Virus record (IMG/VR): IMGVR_UViG_3300050120_000361
Location: 62,001 to 126,000 of that record
Length of the DNA: 64,000 bases
Strand: one strand, 5' to 3'
Of this stretch, positions 26,793 to 35,977 are shown piece by piece. Positions within the stretch are counted from its first letter, which is position 1, and the number at the start of each line of letters is the position of its first letter. A model generated the notes under the pieces. It was not told where the DNA came from. It ran no database searches and saw only the letters and a program-made list of their open reading frames with translations. Both the position numbers and the translations under genes were made by a program.

Positions 26793-28379
26793 TTATTTCT
26801 TGTGGTGCATATGCTTAACGGTGGCCTCACCCGCTTCGGCCTTCTGCTTAGGCTCGTATTCGGGACGGCCAACCTTATAGGTATCGAAAGAGTTCTCTTC
26901 CTTTACTTCAACCTTAAGGAAGTCCGCAACCCCACCGTATATGCTCAATTTCAGCTGTATGGAGTCAATAGCCTGAACCTCCTCGAACAGCCTTACGAAC
27001 GGATAGTCATGGTTGAACAGGTAGTCGTGCAGGTCAACGTATGCGGACGTTTTCGAGCCGTCGATGTTGCACTCCTCAATAAGGTTGATGGTCTGGTGGA
27101 GGTGCTTGTAAGTGCTAATCTGGTTCATCGTCACTTGCTGCATAAGGGCCGATTTGCGCTCGCCGCCCTGTATCACGAGCGAGTATATCAGCTCGTTAAC
27201 GTAACCGACTATTCGCTGAATGTTGTCCGCGGGTATCTCCTCGGTGTAGCGGAGCACGAGTTCCTTGTAGGCCTCCTTCTGGGCCTCAATGTCCAGAGCC
27301 AGCGTGTCCACAATCTCATCCCATTTGGTCCAGGCCTTGGCGCCGGTCCTGCGCAAGTTCATGTTAGCCTTGATGAACTTGTAGAAGTCCGGTCCGAGCT
27401 TTTCATCCTTGATTACGCTGTCCAAGCAGCGCATGAAGGAGTCGCCCCCAACAATTTCTTCGCCGCCGCTTTCTTCCATAACGGCTTTGATGAACCTGTC
27501 GCTGTCGTTCTGGTCAATTATGCCTGGATTGTACTTGGGCTTGTTGACCAGTGATGGGTCAGGCGCAACGTGCTCTGTCTGCGGCAATTCGTGCCTGTCT
27601 GGAAGGGCTAGCGGTCCCTCAGCTATGCGGGCGGGGTCGTCATAGTAGTCGAGTATCGAGGGGTATCCGTGAACGGCCTGAAACTCCTTCAATGAGAAAA
27701 CGCTCTCGTAGTATATCAGAGCGAACTTGCTCAAATCGAAGTAGTCGCTTCCGTCGTTCAGGGCCTTGCGGTAGTCATCGTTGTTGTACAGCTTGCTCAT
27801 CATTTTGATGTACTTGCCAGGAAGCTCGATCTGCTCGTAAATCATGCTGTTCAGTTTCAGGAAGTCCTGGTAGCTGAACTGCTTCTTGCGCTTCAGCTCA
27901 TCGATGTCCTTGGCGAACATTACCGGAAAGCTCGTGCTGTTCAGAAGGGTGGTTATTGCGGTGCGTATGGGCATGAACCTGTCAGCTGGCAGGGGAACAA
28001 TGTTCTCTACCATTGTGGTGGTAAGGTCCTTCGGCTTTTCAAGCGTTATTGGCTCCAAATTCCTAATAATGCCGAAGAACCAGTCTATGGCTACGGTCGG
28101 TACGTTCAGGTCCGAAAAGCGCTTGCACACATTCAGAACAACCGGACCTGTCAGACCACCCTGCTGCGAGGTGTAGTCCAGTCCTGTCATGTAGGCCATC
28201 ATGCCAAGCAGTTGAAAGTCCTTCTGCGAGAGCTCGGCGTTTCCGTCTTTGGCGTACAAGCCGTAGATGCGCTCCAATTCCTTTTCGAGTGAACCGTCCT
28301 CGACTCTTTCGGTTATGTCTTTCTTTATCTTCTCGTAGAAGATGTTGGTGTTCTGCTTGGCAGGATTAGTCATTTCCAT
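26793..28379 (-). CDS. Hypothetical protein (528 aa, helical)
   Basis: Long ORF with phage-typical codon use; no motif recognised. Confidence 0.75.
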   Translation of the reverse strand: MEMTNPAKQNTNIFYEKIKKDITERVEDGSLEKELERIYGLYAKDGNAELSQKDFQLLGMMAYMTGLDYTSQQGGLTGPVVLNVCKRFSDLNVPTVAIDWFFGIIRNLEPITLEKPKDLTTTMVENIVPLPADRFMPIRTAITTLLNSTSFPVMFAKDIDELKRKKQFSYQDFLKLNSMIYEQIELPGKYIKMMSKLYNNDDYRKALNDGSDYFDLSKFALIYYESVFSLKEFQAVHGYPSILDYYDDPARIAEGPLALPDRHELPQTEHVAPDPSLVNKPKYNPGIIDQNDSDRFIKAVMEESGGEEIVGGDSFMRCLDSVIKDEKLGPDFYKFIKANMNLRRTGAKAWTKWDEIVDTLALDIEAQKEAYKELVLRYTEEIPADNIQRIVGYVNELIYSLVIQGGERKSALMQQVTMNQISTYKHLHQTINLIEECNIDGSKTSAYVDLHDYLFNHDYPFVRLFEEVQAIDSIQLKLSIYGGVADFLKVEVKEENSFDTYKVGRPEYEPKQKAEAGEATVKHMHHKK

Positions 28380-28470
28380 TGTTATCTGTTTTATCTTTTA
28401 TTGATTGATTTGCTTTGTGCATAGTAATTCAATCCCGCGGCAAGGCGCGGGCATAGGGCATGTTCGGATT

Positions 28471-29043
28471 TCAGACCGAAAATGTGAAATGGTGAAGTGC
28501 AAGGAAGCGTATTGCCCAATTGGCCGCAAGCCACAACGAGCCTGCTGTAACGAGCCATATTGGCAACGATTTGAGCCAGTTCATGCGGACCACGTACCAG
28601 CGGTAGTACTGCATCGAGACGTTGTATATGCGGAACTTGCTGTCTGGGTCTATGCTGGTAACGCATATCAGGGACACGTACTCCTCTATGTCGGTTGAGG
28701 TGTTCTCGCGGATTATCTTCAGTATTGAGGTGGTGAACTCGCGCTCGACCTGCACCTTAAGCTCATCGAACTTTATGGTGTCCAGAAAGCTGTCAGGCTC
28801 TATCATGTCCTTCTTGTACAGCTTCCACCACTTGTAGCCGAACTCGTTTTCGTCGAAGAACTTTACAACGTTCTCCTGGGTCAAAAGGGCTGGAACTATC
28901 ACAACGCGCCAGCACCACAGGAAGCAGAATGTGTCCAGCAGGAGCGTGATTGGCAGGAACAGCATGTACAGCCTCATCAGCCACTTGTTCTTTTCTGTGG
29001 CGTCGAAGAATTTCAGGAATATGCCTATGAGTCTGAGTATCAT
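28471..29043 (-). CDS. Membrane protein (2 TM regions)
   Basis: Hydrophobic N- and C-terminal segments flanking a soluble loop. Confidence 0.65.
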   Translation of the reverse strand: MILRLIGIFLKFFDATEKNKWLMRLYMLFLPITLLLDTFCFLWCWRVVIVPALLTQENVVKFFDENEFGYKWWKLYKKDMIEPDSFLDTIKFDELKVQVEREFTTSILKIIRENTSTDIEEYVSLICVTSIDPDSKFRIYNVSMQYYRWYVVRMNWLKSLPIWLVTAGSLWLAANWAIRFLALHHFTFSV

Positions 29044-29065
29044 TGTTATCGGTGTTATCGGTCAG

Positions 29066-29824
29066 TTACTGTTGTTGGTTCTTTGTCAGTGTGGGGTCCG
29101 AGGGGTCTGTCGGGTTTATGGCGTCAGTGTAGGTAGGCGCATCAGCGTTTATGGTGAACATAGTTCCAGCGAATTTGGCCTGGTCTATTGGCTGTATCGT
29201 CTCAGCGCGGACCATCATAGGCTGCATTATAACGTCTACGGTGCACTTTATCGTTGTGTTTATTGCGCCCGCGTCCGGCGTGACAGCGCCGGCCTCTATT
29301 GAGAACGACTGTGAGGCGAAAGAGCCCTCGTACGTGTTTCCGAGCACGTCGTACGTGAAAACGTTGTCGATACACATTATGCAACCCAGGGCCTCAAGAC
29401 TGTCTATGGCTATTATGTAGTTTGGGCACACCCAGCTTATAACCACGGGAATGTTGGTGGCCTGCCTGCGGCCCTTGGCGTTCCACACCTGGTCGTTCCA
29501 CTTGTACTGGAACTGCGTGAACTGGTTGCTGTTCTGGTCAGACTGGAACTGCACGTCATCGAATGACAGGACCACCCGCGGAACCTTTTGGTATATCTCG
29601 GTGTGCTTCTTCTTGTGCTGCTCCACGTCCCCAAAAGAGACCCACTTGCCCTGGAACCAGTAGCTCGAGTCTCCGGTGTTCATAACGAACACGGGCAGGT
29701 TTGGCACCATGAACTGCAGCTTCTTCTCGAGGTTTGCTATGAATGCCTCAAGGCCCGTGCGCAGGTGGCCGAACTTGTAGTTTATCGCGTAGCCAACGTT
29801 GGAGGCGTCATCCTTTTCTTCCAT
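29066..29824 (-). CDS. Tail completion/sheath terminator-like protein (T4 gp15-like)
   Basis: YQKVPRVVL motif, size and beta-rich pattern. Confidence 0.5.
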   Translation of the reverse strand: MEEKDDASNVGYAINYKFGHLRTGLEAFIANLEKKLQFMVPNLPVFVMNTGDSSYWFQGKWVSFGDVEQHKKKHTEIYQKVPRVVLSFDDVQFQSDQNSNQFTQFQYKWNDQVWNAKGRRQATNIPVVISWVCPNYIIAIDSLEALGCIMCIDNVFTYDVLGNTYEGSFASQSFSIEAGAVTPDAGAINTTIKCTVDVIMQPMMVRAETIQPIDQAKFAGTMFTINADAPTYTDAINPTDPSDPTLTKNQQQ

Positions 29825-29842
29825 GTCTTTGTTTGTTTATCG

Positions 29843-30337
29843 TCACACCTGACTGTCCGCTCCGCCGCCGTAGAGGTCGAACAGCGAGCGCGGCTTGTCA
29901 GGGTTTGCGCGCCTTTCGAATTTTTTGTACTCGTTTGTTCCTATCATGCGCTTAAGCCCGCGGACCACCAAAGCCTTAAGCTTGTCGTGGAGTCGCTCAT
30001 ATGCCTTGGCGTACTCCATGTCGTAGTGGTCGCAGAACACCGTGAAAGCGAAGCCCACGTCGCCTGCGCCCTTTGAGGCGCAGTGCTTTATGTAGGTAAC
30101 GAATGTCAGGTTCAACTTGTTTACGTCGCCAGCGAGCTCGGCCGGGTCCAGCATAAGCGACTCCTTGTCAAGGCTGTCCCGGAGCATTTCCTGGAACTCG
30201 CGGGTCTTCTCCAATACGTCGAAATCGCTGTCCGGATGAACAGCGATTTGGCGGTATATCGAGGCTACGTCCTTCTCGTTCTTTTCGTCGAACTGGTAGG
30301 GCTGCCGCCACGACTCAAATGTATTCTGGTCAGACAC
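29843..30337 (-). CDS. Putative late-transcription coactivator (T4 gp33-like) with C-terminal clamp-binding motif
   Basis: FTVFCDHYDMEYAKAYERLHDKLKALV helical core; tail KPRSLFDLY. Confidence 0.45.
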   Translation of the reverse strand: MSDQNTFESWRQPYQFDEKNEKDVASIYRQIAVHPDSDFDVLEKTREFQEMLRDSLDKESLMLDPAELAGDVNKLNLTFVTYIKHCASKGAGDVGFAFTVFCDHYDMEYAKAYERLHDKLKALVVRGLKRMIGTNEYKKFERRANPDKPRSLFDLYGGGADSQV

Positions 30338-30339
30338 TA

Positions 30340-30966
30340 TCAGGCGGCCTTAGAGTGTGATAGCTCGGCCACGCCGTCCTGCAAAAACTGCTTGTAAGCC
30401 GTCCTGTCCATACTGTAGAAGTTTTCGGCGTAGAACGCGTAACCCTCCCTGTAGCCGTCGACCGCCTTAGCGATGTCCTCGTTGCTTTCAATGAATTCTG
30501 ATATGTCAAGGCTGAGAAGAACCGGGACGTTAACGAAAAGCGGCACAAGCCAGAAGAACTCCATTACGAAGCCGTCCGCAGAAACCTTCATGTTCCGAGC
30601 GCCCTTCTTAACGTACATGTCGAATTTGGACGTGTTCATCAGCACGAAGTAGAACATCTTCATCAGCTTGTTGCGCTCGGCCTTGCTGTCCGTTACGGAA
30701 AGGGAAGCCAGCATGAACATCACGGACCACTCGTCGTACACGTTCTTTGCGATGCTCGCGCCGATGTTCATGTCAAGGAACTTGGCCGATGTGAGCAGCA
30801 GCTGGTCAGCCACCTGGCTCGGCCTTATCGAGGAGAGCAGCGCCTGGTTGTTGGTTACGAATGCCTCGAGGTGCTCGCTCGTGCGCAGCTTTTCGCCGGA
30901 GTGGATGAAATCCTTCTGCTTGGGCATTCTCCCTATAATGGCGTCCAATAGTTCTGATGTTGTCAT
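30340..30966 (-). CDS. Hypothetical protein
   Basis: 208-aa helical ORF. Confidence 0.7.
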   Translation of the reverse strand: MTTSELLDAIIGRMPKQKDFIHSGEKLRTSEHLEAFVTNNQALLSSIRPSQVADQLLLTSAKFLDMNIGASIAKNVYDEWSVMFMLASLSVTDSKAERNKLMKMFYFVLMNTSKFDMYVKKGARNMKVSADGFVMEFFWLVPLFVNVPVLLSLDISEFIESNEDIAKAVDGYREGYAFYAENFYSMDRTAYKQFLQDGVAELSHSKAA

Positions 30967-31038
30967 TTCCCTGTATATTTTATGTACTGTGTGGTTTGAA
31001 AGGTATTTATGCTGTGCGCCGTTATCGGAAAAATCGGC

Positions 31039-31617
31039 CTATTGCCGCCATAGACGCATTGAAACCAGTCTGCAGACTGGAACCTCAAACCCTATTATCC
31101 GCAAATGCCTGTGCGGCGGGTGGACTACTTGCTGCTCTATCAGCTGCTCGAGCATTCCCTCGCTTTCCGACCAGGTCTTGAAAGCGACCTCGTCGTGCCC
31201 CAACGTCTCATATTCCGGGTTCACGCTGAGCGTGGCGAATTTCAGGCCGTCCGCAATGTCGTAAGCCTCAACGGACAGGTTGGCGGGCTTTTGGTACTTC
31301 CTAAGCCGCAGCTCCACATTGTACCCGTTGAGCCTGGCGACATTGCTGGTGTTCGGCGCGGGCTTTTCCTCGGCCTTTAGGAAGCGGTTCAGGTTCACTT
31401 TCACAGTATATCCATTATCGTTCTTGATTATAAGGAACTCGTCCCAGTAATTCATTGAACTGTTGAGGTACGCGAAGTGGTTCATCACCTTGTACGGGCG
31501 GCCCCCGGTCATTGTTGGCGATGGGCTCTGGCACACCAGCATTTCGCCTTGCCTTATCTCCTTTGGCTTGGGAGGAAGCTTTGTCCCGCGACTGTTTCTT
31601 GTCCTTATCTGAAGCAT
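31039..31617 (-). CDS. Two-domain hypothetical protein (C-terminus DUF4313-like)
   Basis: FATLSVN...EVAFKTWSESEGMLEQLIEQ...GF..PVC. Confidence 0.5.
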   Translation of the reverse strand: MLQIRTRNSRGTKLPPKPKEIRQGEMLVCQSPSPTMTGGRPYKVMNHFAYLNSSMNYWDEFLIIKNDNGYTVKVNLNRFLKAEEKPAPNTSNVARLNGYNVELRLRKYQKPANLSVEAYDIADGLKFATLSVNPEYETLGHDEVAFKTWSESEGMLEQLIEQQVVHPPHRHLRIIGFEVPVCRLVSMRLWRQ

Positions 31618-31635
31618 GTTTATTGTTATTTCTTG

Positions 31636-31881
31636 TTATTCGTTCTTAGTCTCGTAGCAGTCAGAGCACATGTCGTCCTCATCCGACCAGCAATCAACCC
31701 CATACCAACAGCCGCAGGTCTCGCAGTGGAATGTAGTATTGTTTATAAAGTCCCAATCCTCGCCTGCAAAGTCCAATGAATTCATGCCAGGCCAGAGCGT
31801 GTCCAGGCACGAGTCGAGAGTGTCGCATGAGCCATCAAGGGTTTCGCAGAGCGCGTTCGCGTCGAAGCCGGGATGTCTCAT
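31636..31881 (-). CDS. Small acidic Zn-ribbon protein
   Basis: CETCGCW...CSDC; ATG overlaps the UvsW stop (TGATG). Confidence 0.65.
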   Translation of the reverse strand: MRHPGFDANALCETLDGSCDTLDSCLDTLWPGMNSLDFAGEDWDFINNTTFHCETCGCWYGVDCWSDEDDMCSDCYETKNE

Positions 31882-33401
31882 CAGGCGGCTGTCTTCAAAT
31901 ACACGTCGTACTCGACGCATGGGTGTTTTTCGGCCTCGTATATCTTGTTCCGTGCCGACGCGTGGTTCTTAAACGAGCATCCTGGTATCAGGTCCTGATA
32001 GTCCCATACATTTGCGAAAAGCTTGGCAAGGTATATCCTGATTGACCTTCCAACGGATTGCTTAATGCGTATCTCCGACCTACCTCCGTCCGGAAAATGG
32101 ACGTGGGCTACGGAAGGTACGGACACGCCGGTGGACATCGTCTCGTATGTAGCCACGAGCACGCAGTCGTCGCGGCCCTTTACAAGGTTCAGTATCTCGT
32201 CCCTTCCTTTCACGCTTCCGTGTATTATCTCCACAATACGTTCTGGACACCTCTCCTGTATAAAGTCCTTAAGCATCTTGCAGTAGTCCACGCTTTCAAC
32301 AAGTACGAGGTGGTTCAGCTCATGACTGTTTATCAGCTTGCACATAAGGTTTGTGCGCTGCTCGTGCGAGTGAAACCATGCCTTTTCTATGTGGTATCTC
32401 TCAATGCCTGTAAAGCCGCTTTCCTTAAGGTTCTTGCTCATATCGTTCTCCTCGCCGGAGTAGTGTATGCGCACCTTGTTTATCTTAACAGGGCATGCGT
32501 TGCCATCGGCTATGAGTTCCCAAGTCTTTTTCACAAGCACTCTGGGGCCGAACATGCTCACAATGTTAAGGTAATCGAGGGTCTTCCATTCGGGAAACGA
32601 ACCGGTCATTCCGAAAAAGTACTCCGTATGGAAGCACTTGGCGTATATCCCGTTGCGTATGGAATTCGACTTGGCTCCGTGAACCTCATCGCATATCACC
32701 GCGAAAAAGTCGTCGAAATACTCAGCATCATAATCCGAAAGCGAGTTGTAGACGCCAACCACTATTTGAGCATCCTCTATCCTTTTGGAGCCTGAGAATA
32801 TTGTCTCTACCTTGAATGGACTGTCGCTGAATTCATCGTATTCCTTGAAGTCGGCCTGAAGCTGCTTTGCGAGGAGTTGCCGTGGAACTATTATCAGAAG
32901 CTTCTTACCCTTGGGCACCACGTGATCAATCATGTACCTGCAGTATAGGTAGGTTATGAGCGTCTTGCCCCCAGAAGTCCCAACCTCAATGCGCGCAGTC
33001 TTGAAGAGTATCGCCCTGTATGCGGACTCCATCTGGTAAAGGTACTCAGCCTTCCAGATGTCATACTTCTCCGGCAGTATGAGCGACTCCATGTATTCGT
33101 TGAAGTGCGACCGAGTCAGCTTGTTATTGTAGAATATGTGGTCGTTCTCTATCTCAAGCTTGTATGGAAGCGCTGGACCCACTTTCTGCCTGATATCCTG
33201 CCAAAATTGGAAAGGCACGAATGTCGAATTTATAAAGTATGACTGGCTTACGTTCTTGTTAAGCGACTTGATAAAGGGCTTGTACTCCGTCCTACTCACC
33301 ACATTCTCAATTAGCTTTAAGTGCGGAAGGTCCTCGGGTTTCAGGTCCCAAATCTGTATGAAATTCTTGTGGTTCTTGCCCTCAACAGCTGTCAGTCTCA
33401 T
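31881..33401 (-). CDS. uvsW: UvsW-like SF2 DNA helicase
   Basis: YQ, GTSGGKT, IIVPRQLL, ICDEVH, GMTGS, IHG, ATYETMSTGVSVP, QSVGRSIR. Confidence 0.88.
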   Translation of the reverse strand: MRLTAVEGKNHKNFIQIWDLKPEDLPHLKLIENVVSRTEYKPFIKSLNKNVSQSYFINSTFVPFQFWQDIRQKVGPALPYKLEIENDHIFYNNKLTRSHFNEYMESLILPEKYDIWKAEYLYQMESAYRAILFKTARIEVGTSGGKTLITYLYCRYMIDHVVPKGKKLLIIVPRQLLAKQLQADFKEYDEFSDSPFKVETIFSGSKRIEDAQIVVGVYNSLSDYDAEYFDDFFAVICDEVHGAKSNSIRNGIYAKCFHTEYFFGMTGSFPEWKTLDYLNIVSMFGPRVLVKKTWELIADGNACPVKINKVRIHYSGEENDMSKNLKESGFTGIERYHIEKAWFHSHEQRTNLMCKLINSHELNHLVLVESVDYCKMLKDFIQERCPERIVEIIHGSVKGRDEILNLVKGRDDCVLVATYETMSTGVSVPSVAHVHFPDGGRSEIRIKQSVGRSIRIYLAKLFANVWDYQDLIPGCSFKNHASARNKIYEAEKHPCVEYDVYLKTAA

Positions 33402-33418
33402 ATATCCTCCTTTAACGG

Positions 33419-33449
33419 GAAAGGCCCCGCTTTTGCACGGGGCCCTTTC
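33419..33449 (-). terminator. Intrinsic terminator after the SSB gene
   Basis: GAAAGGCCCCG...CGGGGCCCTTTC hairpin. Confidence 0.65.
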
Positions 33450-33478
33450 GGTTCAATTAATTTCGATTTTGTTGTTCG

Positions 33479-34759
33479 TTAAGAATTAAGGATGTCCTCA
33501 ACATCCGGAGACTTTTGCGTTATCTCAGCGCTTGTAGCCGGTGCCTCAGCCGCTGGAGCGGATTGTACGGGCGCCTCAGCCGCTGGCGGCGCCTGTTGGG
33601 TTTGGGCTGCAGGTGGCGGCGTTGGCGCCTGAACTGGTGATGCTCCTGCCGCGAGCACGGAGTCAACGAGCTCGGTTGGCGCGGAGTTCTTCAGGATGTC
33701 CTGCGCCGAAGCGCCTGAAAGCGTGGTGGCGCTGTCGCTTCCCTCGGTCGAGCCTGTGGCGACCGTGCCGTAGGACTTGATTTCCTGGATGGAGGTGGCG
33801 TTCAGGATAACCGGAATTATCTCGTCAATCTTCAAAGCCAAGTCGATAAGGTACTTGTTGGTGTCCTCAGTGTTCTTAGGGTCGTTCAACGCCTTGTAGG
33901 CGAAGTAGTTGTGGATTGAAAGCTCGGGCTTGGTCATGTTGGCGATGAGGGCGCTGAAGAAGTCGTCAAGCCCATCAGCCAATGAGCCGTCGGCGTTCTT
34001 GTCGGCCTGCGTGAAGGTGTGCTCCCTGCCGTCCTCCAACTTCACGTAAGCGCCGCGAATGTTCTTCGTGAAGGCGGACTTCGTGAAGTCGCGCCCCTTG
34101 CGGCCGTCGTAGTCGGCCTCGTCGCATTGGATGAAAAGCGCGCTCGAGCCGAACGAGTCAAAGATGTCCTCCTTCTCAAACCCCTGCTTCTGCTTGGCCT
34201 CGGACGGGTTCAGCTTCTCATCAATCAGGTTGGCGATTGTCGCGTTTGGTCCGAATGTCGAGAAGGTGAAGAGTCGGATGATGCCTATCTCAGCGGCATC
34301 ATCCGACTCAAGCACCTGTACCACTGAACAGCCCTGATTTGTAACGCTCAAAAAGTCGTCGATTTTCTGTATGGCCAGGGCGTCGCCGTTCTTTTTCAGA
34401 GCGTGGAGCTGGAAGAACGCGTCGAGAACCTTGTCGGTTTTCGCGTTGTTTGATGAAACTGATTGGAATGTCTTGCCGCGGCGGGTAGGGTCTGGAAGGT
34501 TCTTGTATACCTTGCGGTGTATGATGTCATTGTTGCCCGCAAGGGTGGTTGACTCCAGGTTGCGGAGCAATTTGACCGTGTAGGATTTGCCTACCTGGGG
34601 TTCAAAGAAGATTAGGGAGTAGTCCATTCCACCACCAAGAGGAATATCCTCCGCCTTAACGGCCTGTGAAACGTCTGTTTTTGTTGTGAGCATGGCGGCC
34701 TTCAAGGCGTCCATGTTGTTTGCGGCTGGTTGCTGCGTGGTCGAATTCTGATCTGACAT
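33479..34759 (-). CDS. Single-stranded DNA-binding protein (T4 gp32-like)
   Basis: IRLFTFSTFG...LIDEKLNP...EDIFD..G...DFTKSAF; long A/P/Q-rich linker and acidic tail; A-rich leader and a downstream terminator, as expected for a highly expressed gene. Confidence 0.7.
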   Translation of the reverse strand: MSDQNSTTQQPAANNMDALKAAMLTTKTDVSQAVKAEDIPLGGGMDYSLIFFEPQVGKSYTVKLLRNLESTTLAGNNDIIHRKVYKNLPDPTRRGKTFQSVSSNNAKTDKVLDAFFQLHALKKNGDALAIQKIDDFLSVTNQGCSVVQVLESDDAAEIGIIRLFTFSTFGPNATIANLIDEKLNPSEAKQKQGFEKEDIFDSFGSSALFIQCDEADYDGRKGRDFTKSAFTKNIRGAYVKLEDGREHTFTQADKNADGSLADGLDDFFSALIANMTKPELSIHNYFAYKALNDPKNTEDTNKYLIDLALKIDEIIPVILNATSIQEIKSYGTVATGSTEGSDSATTLSGASAQDILKNSAPTELVDSVLAAGASPVQAPTPPPAAQTQQAPPAAEAPVQSAPAAEAPATSAEITQKSPDVEDILNS

Positions 34760-34849
34760 GATTGAAAAATTAATGAATTTGTTTGAAATTTGATTGAAGA
34801 TTATTGAAACTTTTATTGAACTTATATGTTATCCGAAACCTATGCGCGG

Positions 34850-35734
34850 CTATAGGGTGGTCGGCATTTGCTTGATAGGGTCAAATCCCAATTGCTGCAC
34901 AATGTAGTCGTATGTCCTTATGCGGGCGGCCACCAGGTCCTTTGTTTCGGTAGGCAGGTTTGGCATCCAGAAGCATTCCACATGCAGCGCGTTTGAGGAG
35001 TCCCTGTAAACCATAACCTTCCAGTACACGTCAGGAACCGTTACGGTGTTCCTGCCGTCAGTGTAGGTTGTCGGCTTAACCTTTGCGTCTTTGGCGTACT
35101 TGGCAGGGTCCACCCAGGTACCGGCCCATATGTCTATGCGTGCCGTAACCGCTATTATTTCTCCAGACCTTGACCAACCAGTAAGCATCCTGCACCTGTC
35201 CTCCGTGGCTATCTCGGTTCCGACGTTCTGCCCCTGGTACTGCATAGCGGCGTTGTAGTCGTAAACGTCAGAATAGACCATGCCCCATTGGCACCACGCT
35301 AGCAGTACCCATGCGGCGCCGCAGTGCCCGTAAGCTATTTCGTAGGGCGAGTCGGGCCTGTTTATGATCCTGTTCGCAGCCGAGTAGACCGCAGTCACGT
35401 CCCTCGCGGCTGTCACGTGGTGCCACTCCGACTCAGGGCCCTTGCGGTTTCCTGTGCCGAGAGCCTGCTGCATCAGCCTGTGCTGCTTCGTATACACGTA
35501 GTGCTCCAGCAAGGGCATGTGCCTCACGGTGTCCGCAATAGATGAGTAGTACGGGTTCACCCACAGGCGGCAGGCCGGGCACAGGTCAGATTTCCTGGTA
35601 GGGTATTTGGCGAACTCGGCCTGTATGTCCTTGGCCGTAAGCACTGGGAACTTGGACTGGCCGTCAGCTTCGTACATCAGCAGCGAAAGCGCGAGCGCCG
35701 CCATAAAGCATAGAATGACATTGGGGTTTTTCAT
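34850..35734 (-). CDS. Secreted DNA/RNA non-specific endonuclease (His-Me finger, NucA/EndoG-like)
   Basis: Signal peptide MKNPNVILCFMAALALSLLMYEADG/Q; AYGHCGAA (His), NAAMQYQGQNVG (metal-binding Asn), VTVPDVYWKVMV, FWMPN. Confidence 0.75.
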   Translation of the reverse strand: MKNPNVILCFMAALALSLLMYEADGQSKFPVLTAKDIQAEFAKYPTRKSDLCPACRLWVNPYYSSIADTVRHMPLLEHYVYTKQHRLMQQALGTGNRKGPESEWHHVTAARDVTAVYSAANRIINRPDSPYEIAYGHCGAAWVLLAWCQWGMVYSDVYDYNAAMQYQGQNVGTEIATEDRCRMLTGWSRSGEIIAVTARIDIWAGTWVDPAKYAKDAKVKPTTYTDGRNTVTVPDVYWKVMVYRDSSNALHVECFWMPNLPTETKDLVAARIRTYDYIVQQLGFDPIKQMPTTL

Positions 35735-35776
35735 CGTGTTTTGGTTATGTGTTTAAATGGGAAAAGGGCCAGACAA

Positions 35777-35977
35777 TCAAGCCTGGTCCGTTACAAATAT
35801 GTTTATCGGAGTCTGCACGGGCACCTTGCCCACGAGTTCTGCGTGTGCTCTTACCATCAGATGATGCGGGCAGGATGGCTCATTGTCCAATAGGAATGGC
35901 GGGAGTTTAGGGAGTCCCTGGTTCCACCACTCAATGGCCATCTCTCCGTATCTGCTGCGGCTTACCTCTGCGAACAT
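35777..35977 (-). CDS. Hypothetical protein
   Basis: 66 aa, TAATG coupled. Confidence 0.55.
   Translation of the reverse strand: MFAEVSRSRYGEMAIEWWNQGLPKLPPFLLDNEPSCPHHLMVRAHAELVGKVPVQTPINIFVTDQA

Noticed and set aside
3046-31617. Genome-wide TAG recoding (code 15): besides vsr, TAG stops at 4381, 7129 and 31039 are followed in frame, without another stop, by the next gene
   Set aside because: Very long ORFs, including late genes, contain no internal TAG. TAG ends the topoisomerase, sigma, dNMP kinase, nuclease and 52146 genes at sensible places. In-frame adjacency also occurs after TAA (3046). No CUA tRNA is seen. Compatible with chance.
4574-33401. Inteins or introns in topoisomerase, terminase, clamp loader or UvsW
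   Set aside because: Lengths and motif spacing are normal; no splice-junction or homing endonuclease motifs were seen.
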